A DNA stretch of 29,963 nucleotides. It comes from an uncultured Planctomycetia bacterium. GTDB taxonomy: Bacteria; Omnitrophota; Gorgyraeia; Gorgyraeales; Gorgyraeaceae. Where the stretch lies: NCBI GenBank assembly GCA_964489855.1, contig CAZBAQ010000001.1, positions 1 to 29,963 on the forward strand. The letters are read 5' to 3'. The notes beneath the pieces are model-generated. The model was not told the origin of the DNA. It saw nothing but the letters and a program-made list of their open reading frames with translations, and made no database searches. Shown here in pieces: positions 5,982 through 14,723 of this stretch. Both the position numbers and the translations under genes were made by a program. Position 1 is the stretch's first letter, and each line of letters opens with the position of its first letter.

Positions 5982-7246
5982 GATAGGACCTCTTCCAACC
6001 GCTTTATTGTCTTCTCTTTGCCCAGAAGCGCCAGGACCTCGAATATGCCGGCTGAAACGCTTTTGCCTGTAACAGCGACCCTGAGAGGATGAATCAAATC
6101 CCCTCCTTGTATATTCAGTTCTTTCAGGAGCGCACGCATAGATGTCTCGATATTTGCAGGTGTAAATTCGTCTATCTTCTCTAAGCGTTCTTTGGCTAGT
6201 TTTAGTATACCTAAAACCCCGTCTTTTTTCAAAAACTTTTCCACTGCCTCTTCCCTGTAAACCACTTCATCCAGTATAAATATATCCACCTCATCCTTAA
6301 ATTCAAGGAGGGTCTTTACCCTGGGGTGATAAAGTTCAGCGATTTTCTTAAACCACTGCGCGTCATATTCGCCTTTAACAAAAGGTTTAACCTCTTTTAC
6401 GAAGCTGTCCAAACTCATTTTTCTTATGTGCTCGCCGTTCAGCCAGCGGAGCTTGTCCTCATTAAACTCAGCCCCGCGTTTATTGACACGCTTCAAACTG
6501 AATTTCTTTATTATATAGGGCGTCTCCATAAATTCTTTATTGTCTCCTGGCGCCCACCCCAAAAGCGCGAGATAATTCACCATTGCCTCTGCAAGATAGC
6601 CTTTCTCGCGATATTCAGAAATCGCCACTGCGCCGAATCTTTTTGAAAGACGGGATTTATCGGGAGCGAGTATCAGCGGTATGTGCGCGAATTTTGGCGG
6701 TTTTACGCCAAGCGCGTTATATAAAGCAATCTGCTTATTTGTATTGGAGATATGATCGTCTCCCCTTATAATATGCGATATCTTCATATCAATATCGTCG
6801 ATGACACAGGCAAAATTATAAGCAGGGGTCTTATCTGATTTTATCAGAACCAGTTCCCCTATAAGAGAATTGTCCACTTCTATCTCGCCGTGTACAATGT
6901 CATATATCTTTATCTTTTCAACCGGGACCTTAAAAATAATCGCGTCTCCGTCTTTATACGCCAGGTCCTGCTTGACCAATTTATCCGCGTATGAAAGATA
7001 TATATCCAGGCGTTTGCTCTGAAAATACGGGCCCTCATCACACTTTAAACCTAACCATTCAAGGCTCGAAAGGATCTCTTTTAGATACACATCGCTTGAA
7101 CGTTTCCTGTCCGTATCTTCTATCCTCAGGATAAACTTGCCTGCCTGCGTCCTTGCGTAAAGCCAGTTAAAAAGCGCTGTGCGGGCGCTTCCTATGTGCA
7201 GATTGCCTGTTGGACTTGGGGCAAATCTAACGCGAACCATATTCAT
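5957..7246 (-). CDS. gltX: Glutamate-tRNA ligase (compact form)
   Basis: RFAPSPTGNLHIGS, ILRIEDTD, HIIRGDDH, RLSKR, LRVAVTG anticodon-binding domain. Confidence 0.96.
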   Translation of the reverse strand: MNMVRVRFAPSPTGNLHIGSARTALFNWLYARTQAGKFILRIEDTDRKRSSDVYLKEILSSLEWLGLKCDEGPYFQSKRLDIYLSYADKLVKQDLAYKDGDAIIFKVPVEKIKIYDIVHGEIEVDNSLIGELVLIKSDKTPAYNFACVIDDIDMKISHIIRGDDHISNTNKQIALYNALGVKPPKFAHIPLILAPDKSRLSKRFGAVAISEYREKGYLAEAMVNYLALLGWAPGDNKEFMETPYIIKKFSLKRVNKRGAEFNEDKLRWLNGEHIRKMSLDSFVKEVKPFVKGEYDAQWFKKIAELYHPRVKTLLEFKDEVDIFILDEVVYREEAVEKFLKKDGVLGILKLAKERLEKIDEFTPANIETSMRALLKELNIQGGDLIHPLRVAVTGKSVSAGIFEVLALLGKEKTIKRLEEVLSCKKRENS

Positions 7247-7766
7247 ATCCTTCCATTATCGCCTTTTCATTTATGGCAATCATATTGTGGTGATGACGTG
7301 GGATCACATCCTTTAAAGACTGGATCAGGAATTCTATCGGCAATAGATCTTTTCTTGCTAAAAGCGCGCCGAGCATGATCATATTGCCAACACGGGGATT
7401 TCCTAACTTCAGGGCCATATCTGTAGCCGGGATCTTCAAAATATCTATATCGCTTCTTTTAGTTTCAATCTCTGCCAGGGACTTATTTATAATCAGCGTG
7501 CCGCCGGGTCTGATCTTTGGTTCGAACTTTTTAAGAGATGGCTTATTCATCACAATGCATATGCCTGGCTCCTTTACAACAGGGGACGCAATAGGGGTAT
7601 CTGAAATGACCACCATGGAATGCGCGGTCCCACCCCTTACCTCTGCGCCATACGAAGGCATCCACGTAACGTTCTTACCTTCATTCATGGCAGCATAAGA
7701 AAGGGTCTTTCCCATAAGCATTATACCCTGGCCGCCAAACCCTGCGAAAATAATCTCTTCTTTCAC
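7227..7766 (-). CDS. 2-oxoacid:ferredoxin oxidoreductase gamma subunit (start moved to GTG 7766)
   Basis: IIFAGFGGQG, PSYGAEVRGG, NMIMLG; the GTG overlaps the upstream TGA (GTGA). Confidence 0.9.
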   Translation of the reverse strand: MKEEIIFAGFGGQGIMLMGKTLSYAAMNEGKNVTWMPSYGAEVRGGTAHSMVVISDTPIASPVVKEPGICIVMNKPSLKKFEPKIRPGGTLIINKSLAEIETKRSDIDILKIPATDMALKLGNPRVGNMIMLGALLARKDLLPIEFLIQSLKDVIPRHHHNMIAINEKAIMEGYEYGSR

Positions 7767-8491
7767 CGAAAAACCCCCAATGGATATTCTTTTATCATGG
7801 TCTCGGCTACCCACTTGACCGAATCTTCAGGCGAAAGCCCGATATATGTGGGACACTGCGAAAGCACCTCGACAATGGAAAAACCCGCGCCATCGATCTG
7901 ATTCTGAAACGCCTTTTTTATTGCCTTCTTTGCCTTTAAAATATTCTGAGGAGAATGGATCGAAACCCTCTCTGCATATGAAACACCTGGCAATACTGAC
8001 AAAAGCTCGCACACCTTTAGAGGAAAGCCGTGTCTTTTCTGGTCCCGGCCCAGAGGCGTAGTAGAGGTCTTCTGTTTCAACATTGTCGTTGGCGCCATCT
8101 GGCCGCCTGTCATGCCATAGACCGCGTTATTGACAAATATAATGCTTATATTCTCTCCTCTATTAGCGGCGTGCACTATCTCTGCAGTGCCTATTGCTGC
8201 CAGATCTCCATCGCCCTGATACCCAAATACAATATTCTCGGGTGCCACCCTTTTTATACCTGTTGCAACTGCCGGCACCCTGCCATGCGCTGCCTCCGTG
8301 ACATCAAAATTCCAATAGTCATACGCAATGACCGCGCAGCCAACAGGCGCAATACCTATGGTCTTCTCCCTTATGCCCAGTTCATCTATTATCTCACAGA
8401 TAAGGCGATGGACTATGCCGTGCCCGCATCCAGCGCAGTAGTGTGTAGGTGCGTCTTTCATGCTTTCTGGTTTTTCAAAAATCTTTTTCAT
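7763..8491 (-). CDS. 2-oxoacid:ferredoxin oxidoreductase beta (TPP-binding) subunit
   Basis: YCAGCGHG, PVGC, GDGDLAAIG, NNAVYGMTGGQ, S.CPT. Confidence 0.92.
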   Translation of the reverse strand: MKKIFEKPESMKDAPTHYCAGCGHGIVHRLICEIIDELGIREKTIGIAPVGCAVIAYDYWNFDVTEAAHGRVPAVATGIKRVAPENIVFGYQGDGDLAAIGTAEIVHAANRGENISIIFVNNAVYGMTGGQMAPTTMLKQKTSTTPLGRDQKRHGFPLKVCELLSVLPGVSYAERVSIHSPQNILKAKKAIKKAFQNQIDGAGFSIVEVLSQCPTYIGLSPEDSVKWVAETMIKEYPLGVFR

Positions 8492-8497
8492 AACAAT

Positions 8498-9583
8498 CTA
8501 GCTGAGAGCTGAAAGCTCATTAACTATCTCATCCTCTGTAGGGACTCCGCCGCCTGAGCGACCGTAAAAATGAACTGGTTTTTTGCACTCTATGCTGAGT
8601 TTGACATCCTCTACCATCTGACCGCAGCTCATCTCTACTACTAAAAATGATTTGACTTTTTCAGCTATCCTTTTTAATTCTTTCTCTGGAAATGGCCACA
8701 GGCTTATTGGCCTGACGAGTCCTATCTTTTTCCCCTCAATGCGTAATTTCTCAACAACGTTCCTTGAGATCCTGCTGGTCGTGCCATACGCCACCACCAT
8801 GAGATCACTGTCATCACCATATAAAATTTCACAGCGGACTTCTTTATCTTTAATCTCAGCGTATTTCTTCTGCAGCTTCCTGTTAAACATCTCCAGGCTC
8901 CCATCTTCCAGCAAAAGCGACCGGATCTTTCTCGGCTCTCTGCCCTTACATCCATCCAAAACCCATTCTTTTCTTATTTGGGATTTGGGATTTGGGATTT
9001 GGGATTTAAGTTCTACTGGCTCCATCATCTGCCCCAGGATACCGTCTCCCAATATCATCACCGGTGTCCTGTATTTATCCGCCAGATCAAACGAAAGCAT
9101 TGTCAGCTCCGCTATCTCCTGTAAAGATGCCGGCGCCAAAACTATCTGATGATAATCACCATGACCTCCGCCTTTTGTCGCCTGAAAATAATCGCTTTGG
9201 CTCGGAGCTATATTGCCAAGGCCTGGTCCTCCCCTCATCATATTTACTATTACCCCGGGAAGCTCGCAGCCTGCAAGATATGATATACCCTCCTGCTTAA
9301 GACTTATGCCAGGACTTGAAGAAGAAGTCATTGCCCTCGTGCCCCTGAGCGACGCGCCAAAGACCATATTTATAGCTGATATCTCGCTCTCTGCCTGGAT
9401 AAATACTCCGCCCACCTCTGGCATGTGCCTCGACATATAAGCCGGCAGTTCATTCTGCGGCGTAATAGGATATCCTGCATAAAACCTGCACCCTGCCATT
9501 ATAGCAGCCTCTGCCAAAATCTCATTACCGCACATCAGAACTTTTTCAGTTTGGATTTTGGAATTTGGAATTTGGAATTTCAT
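8498..9583 (-). CDS. vorB: 2-oxoacid:ferredoxin oxidoreductase alpha subunit (VorB-like); start at ATG 9583
   Basis: MCGNE..AEAAI.AGC, GYPITPQ, QAESE, TSSSSPG, RGGPGLG; the ATG overlaps the upstream TGA (ATGA). Confidence 0.9.
   Translation of the reverse strand: MKFQIPNSKIQTEKVLMCGNEILAEAAIMAGCRFYAGYPITPQNELPAYMSRHMPEVGGVFIQAESEISAINMVFGASLRGTRAMTSSSSPGISLKQEGISYLAGCELPGVIVNMMRGGPGLGNIAPSQSDYFQATKGGGHGDYHQIVLAPASLQEIAELTMLSFDLADKYRTPVMILGDGILGQMMEPVELKSQIPNPKSQIRKEWVLDGCKGREPRKIRSLLLEDGSLEMFNRKLQKKYAEIKDKEVRCEILYGDDSDLMVVAYGTTSRISRNVVEKLRIEGKKIGLVRPISLWPFPEKELKRIAEKVKSFLVVEMSCGQMVEDVKLSIECKKPVHFYGRSGGGVPTEDEIVNELSALS
8976..9007. repeat. Heptamer tandem repeat (TTTGGGA)x4 inside vorB
   Basis: Four perfect units at 8977-9004 plus TTT; encodes KSQIPNPKSQI. 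Confidence 0.95.
9550..9580. repeat. Heptamer tandem repeat (TTTGGAW)x4 directly after the vorB start codon
   Basis: TTTGGAT TTTGGAA TTTGGAA TTTGGAA TTT; encodes KFQIPNSKIQ. Confidence 0.93.
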
Positions 9584-9786
9584 CTGTATACCTCTATACA
9601 CATATCAGGACATACGATCGCGCAAAAAGAACATCCCGTGCACTTCTTATCTTTATCCAAAAATAAAACCGGATGTATGCCTCTTTTATTAATAAAATCC
9701 TCTGATACAATACACCCCTTCGGGCAATATACCACGCAGAGCCTGCAGCCTTTGCATCTTTCTTTATTGATCTCTATTTTCGGCAT
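9580..9786 (-). CDS. 2x[4Fe-4S] ferredoxin-like delta subunit (start ATG 9786)
   Basis: CKGCRLCVVYCP and CTGCSFCAIVCP motifs. Confidence 0.92.
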   Translation of the reverse strand: MPKIEINKERCKGCRLCVVYCPKGCIVSEDFINKRGIHPVLFLDKDKKCTGCSFCAIVCPDMCIEVYR

Positions 9787-11681
9787 GATAATATAGTGTC
9801 TCTTATCTTTTCTGCTGACAGACCACACTTATCAAGCAGGATCTCTCTTTTTCCATGCTCGATAAATCTATCCGGAAGCCCTATAGTCTTTATTGTAGCA
9901 CTTTTCGGCACCTTATCAATAATAGATTCCAGAACAAAAGAACCAAATCCGCCGCAGGCCACGCCTTCCTCTACCGTAAAGAGCTTTCCTGTCTTGGAAA
10001 CCGACTCCAATATGAGCTCCAGATCTAATGGCTTGATGAACCTTGCGTTTATAACTTCACAATCCACACCTTCGTTTAAAAGCAGTTCTGCTGTCTTTAA
10101 AGAAACCGGAGCCATATAGCCCAAGCTCAATATCGTTGCGTCCTTGCCTTCCTTTAGAATTTCTGCTTTACCTAAAGAAATAGGAAGACTGGTCGTGGTC
10201 GAGGCGAAACCTCGACCAGTTTGTGGTCGAGGTTTCGCCTCGACCAAAGGATAACTCCTGCCGCGAGGATATCTCATTGCAATCGGACCCTTATTATAAG
10301 AAAGCGCGAATCTAAACATCTCCTTGAATTCCTCTTCATCCTTCGGAGCCATGACTATCATATTCGGCATATGTCTTAAATACGCGATATCAAATACCCC
10401 GTGATGCGTAGGCCCATCTTCTCCCACAATGCCTGCGCGGTCCAGCATAAATGTCACGTTGAGGTTCTGGAGACAAACGTCGTGTATTATCTGGTCGTAA
10501 GAACGCTGCAAGAATGTGGAATATATTGCCACGACTGGCTTCAGGCCAGCCCTTGCCAGGCCTGCGGCAAAACCTACTGCGTGCTGCTCTGCCATTCCAA
10601 CATCAAAAAATCTATCGGGAAAGACCTTTGCAAATCTATCCAGGCCTGTGCCTTCAGGCATGGCAGCTGTTATGGCCACGATCCTTTTATCCTTTTCCGC
10701 AGCGTCAATAACCCCCTCGCTAAACACGCTTGTAAAATCCTTCTGCAAGGACACCTTCTCGCCTGTCTCAACATTAAATGAACCCACGCCGTGGAATTTC
10801 TCAGGTATTTTTTCCGCGTAAGAATAGCCCTTGCCTTTTTTTGTGACAAGGTGCAGCAAAACTGGCGAATCCATATCAATGATGTTTTTCAATGTGGAGA
10901 CTACTGAGCGTATATCATGACCATCTATGGGACCAAAATACTTGAACCCTAATTCTTCAAAAAGCATACCAGGAACCAAAAGATTCTTAAGTCCTTCTTC
11001 TAGGCGCCTGGCTGAACGTATTATCCTGAAACCAAAACGCGGCACGCGCTTTAAAAGACCTTCTATGTCCTTCCTGATCCTATTGTAAATAGGCGCGCTT
11101 ATGATCCTGTTCAGGTATTTACTTAAGGCGCCCACGCTCCTGGATATACTCATCTCGTTGTCGTTGAGTATGACAAGTATTTTTTTGCGAAGATGCCCGG
11201 CATGGTTAAGTGCCTCGAATGCCATGCCTCCGCCTAAAGACGCATCGCCTATGACAGCGATTACCCTGTGTAATTTTCCTTCCAGGTCTCTTGCGGCAGC
11301 CATACCCAATGCAGTAGAAATAGAGGTGGACCCATGACCTGTTGTAAATACATCAAATTCGCTTTCAAATCTATTGGGAAAACCGCTCAGGCCGCCCAGC
11401 TGGCGCAGCGTAGAAAACCTGTCTTTTCTGCCGGTCAACAACTTATGCGCGTACGTCTGATGACCCACATCCCATATGATAATGTCTTCGGGCGCGTTCA
11501 AAGAATAATGCATCCCCAATATGAGTTCCACGGCCCCAAGGCTTGACGCAAGATGTCCGCCTGAAGAAGAAACTGTTTTTACAATAGTCTCTCTTATCTC
11601 CTGCGCCAGGCCAGACAATTCATCCATGCTCAGTTTTTTTAAATCAGAAGGGTGATTTATTTTTTCTAATAATCCCGGCAT
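9774..11681 (-). CDS. dxs: 1-deoxy-D-xylulose-5-phosphate synthase, with an in-frame palindrome insertion
   Basis: GGHLASSLG, DVGHQ.Y.HK, IGDASL, LNDNEMSIS, GEDGPTHHG, RYPRG. Confidence 0.97.
   Translation of the reverse strand: MPGLLEKINHPSDLKKLSMDELSGLAQEIRETIVKTVSSSGGHLASSLGAVELILGMHYSLNAPEDIIIWDVGHQTYAHKLLTGRKDRFSTLRQLGGLSGFPNRFESEFDVFTTGHGSTSISTALGMAAARDLEGKLHRVIAVIGDASLGGGMAFEALNHAGHLRKKILVILNDNEMSISRSVGALSKYLNRIISAPIYNRIRKDIEGLLKRVPRFGFRIIRSARRLEEGLKNLLVPGMLFEELGFKYFGPIDGHDIRSVVSTLKNIIDMDSPVLLHLVTKKGKGYSYAEKIPEKFHGVGSFNVETGEKVSLQKDFTSVFSEGVIDAAEKDKRIVAITAAMPEGTGLDRFAKVFPDRFFDVGMAEQHAVGFAAGLARAGLKPVVAIYSTFLQRSYDQIIHDVCLQNLNVTFMLDRAGIVGEDGPTHHGVFDIAYLRHMPNMIVMAPKDEEEFKEMFRFALSYNKGPIAMRYPRGRSYPLVEAKPRPQTGRGFASTTTSLPISLGKAEILKEGKDATILSLGYMAPVSLKTAELLLNEGVDCEVINARFIKPLDLELILESVSKTGKLFTVEEGVACGGFGSFVLESIIDKVPKSATIKTIGLPDRFIEHGKREILLDKCGLSAEKIRDTILSCRK
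10196..10246. repeat. Inverted doublet of a 23-bp palindrome, in-frame within dxs (51 bp)
   Basis: TGGTCGAGG-CGAAA-CCTCGACCA, GTTTG, TGGTCGAGG-TTTCG-CCTCGACCA. Confidence 0.95.
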
Positions 11682-11682
11682 A

Positions 11683-12483
11683 TTAAGATCTTCTCTCTAA
11701 AATTAAATCCGCGATCCCTGAAAGCCTGTTGGCGTTATTCCCGAAAATACTGAGATGCGACTTCGCCCTTTTGTTCAGGAGTTCTGCCATTTTCCTCACG
11801 TGTTCTTTCCCGTATACCCTGACGTAGCCATCCTTATCGATCAAATCATCTATGAGCTGGAACGTAAAACCAATGTGTCTGCCAAAATCATTGATCGCGT
11901 CTATCTTTTTTTTGCCAGCGCCTTTAAACACGCATCCTGCCTTTAAGGCCGCCTCGAAAAGCGCGCCTGTCTTCTTAGCCGCAATATAATCCAGATCTCT
12001 TTTTTTCTTATTTGCCCCCTCCATATCTACGACCTGGCCGCCTATAGTGCCGCGGCTGCCTACTGCCATAGAGATATCCCTGAGGATGTCCAGATTGCCC
12101 GCGCCTGAAAGCAGCTCGAACCCCATGGTGAGAAGCGCATCGCCTGCTAAAAGCGCTATTTCCTCGTTGAATTTTTTATGACAACTGGCCCTGCCCCGCC
12201 TGTAGTCATCATTGTCCATACACGGAAGGTCATCATGTATAAGCGTATATGTATGTATGAGTTCTATGGCGCACGCGATTGGCACGATCGAAGCGCCCTT
12301 GCCCCCGCACGCCTCAAAACTCGCGATGGTCATGACAGGCCTTATCCTTTTGCCGCCTGAAAATACTGCGTACCGCATTGCCCTGTGGATAGATTCTGGC
12401 TTTTCTTTTGTCGGCGGCAAACACCTATCCAGCGCTTTATCAATGACCTTCTTCTTGTTTGCAATATATTTTTTTATATCCAT
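11683..12483 (-). CDS. ispA: Polyprenyl (farnesyl/geranyl) diphosphate synthase (start ATG 12483)
   Basis: GGKRIRP, LIHDDLPCMDNDDYRRG, KTGALF, FQLIDD; xseB-ispA-dxs synteny. Confidence 0.92.
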   Translation of the reverse strand: MDIKKYIANKKKVIDKALDRCLPPTKEKPESIHRAMRYAVFSGGKRIRPVMTIASFEACGGKGASIVPIACAIELIHTYTLIHDDLPCMDNDDYRRGRASCHKKFNEEIALLAGDALLTMGFELLSGAGNLDILRDISMAVGSRGTIGGQVVDMEGANKKKRDLDYIAAKKTGALFEAALKAGCVFKGAGKKKIDAINDFGRHIGFTFQLIDDLIDKDGYVRVYGKEHVRKMAELLNKRAKSHLSIFGNNANRLSGIADLILERRS

Positions 12484-12500
12484 ATCCTTGTGACTCTGCC

Positions 12501-12523
12501 TGTTCAAGGCTAAGCCTTGAACA
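12501..12523. repeat. 23-bp palindrome, single copy between xseB and ispA
   Basis: TGTTCAAGGC-TAA-GCCTTGAACA, identical to 23433-23455. Confidence 0.95.
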
Positions 12524-12533
12524 GCTAAGACTG

Positions 12534-12755
12534 CTATTCTTTGAAAGGTTCAAGTTCTATCTTGTCGCCCTTTTTAACAAGTATCTCGACCTTGCGTTTC
12601 GTCTCATCCAGGCGTTTTCTGCAAAGACGCAGGAGCTTCACACCTTCTTCGTATTTCTTCAATGACTCGTCAAGCGGCATCTGACCGGTTTCCAGATCAT
12701 CTGCGATCGCTTCCAGCTTATTCATCATATCTTCAAATTTTAATTCCTTTGCCAT
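12534..12755 (-). CDS. xseB: Exodeoxyribonuclease VII small subunit
   Basis: FE..M.KLE.I...LE.G.M.LDESL..YEEG pattern. Confidence 0.95.
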   Translation of the reverse strand: MAKELKFEDMMNKLEAIADDLETGQMPLDESLKKYEEGVKLLRLCRKRLDETKRKVEILVKKGDKIELEPFKE

Positions 12756-12766
12756 AATAGCCCCCT

Positions 12767-13927
12767 TTATTCGATCTCCTCCACCCTGCTCTTAAAACTT
12801 CCTTTTGAAAGCCTTGTCTCGACCATATCTCCTTTTTTAAGGATCTTCGTATCCTTGAGCACTTTTTTCTCAGGCAGCTTGAAATTAATGCTGTATCCCC
12901 TGCCTAAAATACCCAAAGGACTCAATATCCCTATCTTCTCAGAGATAGATTTAAAATTTTCCTCTTTTAATTCAATATAATGTTTGAATCGCAGACTCAG
13001 ACCCTGTTCTACATCATCGAGACGCTGCTCGTACTGTTTTATAATGTCCAGGGGATAATCCTTGAGCCTTTTTTCAATATTGTCCAGTTTATCGACTAGC
13101 TCGCTCTTTTTCGCAATGACCCTCTCTGCGGCAACAGACGGCGTTGGCGCCCTTAAATCCGCTACAAAATCGCTGATCGTCCAATCTATCTCATGACCCA
13201 CTGCGCTTATAATAGGTAGTTTTGAGTTGTGTATTGCCCGCGCCACTACCTCTTCATTAAATGCCCATAAATCCTCCAGGCTCCCGCCGCCCCTCCCGAT
13301 TATTATCACGTCCACATTGCCGAGCTTATTAAACTCGTCTATTGCCCTCGCTATCTCTTCCTTTGCGCCTTCGCCCTGAACCTTTACAGGATTTATAATG
13401 ACCTCGACGTTCGAAAATCTTCTGTTCAAAACATGAAGCATATCTCTGATCGCCGCGCCTGTTGGAGAAGTGACTATGCCGATCCTGTCCGGAAGCATCG
13501 GTATCGCAGCCTTTCTAGAATCATCAAAAAGTCCTTCCTTAAAAAGTTTTTCCTTTAATTGTTCAAACGCGAGCTGTAACGCGCCCACGCCCTTTGGCTC
13601 CATCCTTGATATATTCAGCTGATACTGGCCGCGTTTTTCATACACGCCTACCCTGCCAAAACATAACGCCTGCATGCCGTCTTTTATCTCAAACTTTACC
13701 TTCTCATTGTATCCTTTAAAAAATGTACATTTTAATTCGCCTCTCTCGTCTTTTAATGTAAAATAAAAATGACCTGAGGAGTGGGCAACGAAATTCGATA
13801 TCTCTCCCTCCACCCACACGGTTGGAAAAGCTGATTCCAGGACCAGCTTTATACCAGCGGTCAACTCGCTTACCTTGTATATGTATCTTTCCTTTTTACT
13901 GGTGGCTGTATCAGGAGTGGTCTTCAA
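12767..13927 (-). CDS. xseA: Exodeoxyribonuclease VII large subunit
   Basis: WVEGEISNF, SGHFYFTLKD, GIVTSPTGAAIRD, GRGGGSLEDLWAFNEE, SAVGHE.D, APTPS. Confidence 0.96.
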   Translation of the reverse strand: MKTTPDTATSKKERYIYKVSELTAGIKLVLESAFPTVWVEGEISNFVAHSSGHFYFTLKDERGELKCTFFKGYNEKVKFEIKDGMQALCFGRVGVYEKRGQYQLNISRMEPKGVGALQLAFEQLKEKLFKEGLFDDSRKAAIPMLPDRIGIVTSPTGAAIRDMLHVLNRRFSNVEVIINPVKVQGEGAKEEIARAIDEFNKLGNVDVIIIGRGGGSLEDLWAFNEEVVARAIHNSKLPIISAVGHEIDWTISDFVADLRAPTPSVAAERVIAKKSELVDKLDNIEKRLKDYPLDIIKQYEQRLDDVEQGLSLRFKHYIELKEENFKSISEKIGILSPLGILGRGYSINFKLPEKKVLKDTKILKKGDMVETRLSKGSFKSRVEEIE

Positions 13928-14705
13928 GTCTCTCTCTCACCCTTTCTATAGATAATGCCTTCCCGGTCTTTTCATCTATCTCGACTATAGCACCATGGAG
14001 TTCGACGTCCCTATCCGCCATTTCAAATTTCCTCGGCATACACGTGAGAAAATGTTCTATTACAGGTTCTACCTTCCGGCCTATGACTGAATCATGAGGT
14101 CCTGTCATTCCGAGGTCCGTTATATACGCGCTTCCCTGCGGCAATATCTTTTCATCAGCTGTCTGGACATGCGTATGCGTCCCGAATACGACACTCGCCT
14201 TGCCGTCAAGGAATCTACCCAGCGCGATCTTTTCACTCGTGGCCTCTGCATGCATATCGACCAGGATTATCTTCGTATCCTTATGGACCATCTGTATCTC
14301 TTTTTCCGCGGTCTTGAACGGGCACGCATCAATATGACCCATGAATACCCTTCCGACGACATTTATTACAGCTACCTTTTTACCTGAACTTGATTTAACG
14401 ATGGTCGTGCCTGTACCGGGACATTCTTTTGGATAATTTGCCGGCCGCAAGATCCTTTTGTCTTTATCCAGTCTCTCGTATATCTCTTTTTTCTTCCAGA
14501 TATGGTCTCCCGAGGTCACCACATCTACCTGTCCCTCAAAGAGTTCATCCACTGTCTCGTTTGTAAGGCCTGAACCGCCGGCGATATTCTCAGCATTGGC
14601 CACCACGAAATCTATGCACCTGTCCCTCCGAAGGCCTGGCACTATTTTTTTAATAGCTGTCCGACCCGGACGGCCGACTATGTCACCTATTAACAATACT
14701 CTCAT
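13911..14705 (-). CDS. ymdB: YmdB-like metallophosphoesterase (TIGR00282 type)
   Basis: IGDIVGRPG, NAEN.AGG, SGDHIW, DMHAEATSEK, GTHTHVQTAD; lies directly downstream of rny. Confidence 0.92.
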   Translation of the reverse strand: MRVLLIGDIVGRPGRTAIKKIVPGLRRDRCIDFVVANAENIAGGSGLTNETVDELFEGQVDVVTSGDHIWKKKEIYERLDKDKRILRPANYPKECPGTGTTIVKSSSGKKVAVINVVGRVFMGHIDACPFKTAEKEIQMVHKDTKIILVDMHAEATSEKIALGRFLDGKASVVFGTHTHVQTADEKILPQGSAYITDLGMTGPHDSVIGRKVEPVIEHFLTCMPRKFEMADRDVELHGAIVEIDEKTGKALSIERVRERLEDHS

Positions 14706-14723
14706 AAAACTCCAGTTTATGCA

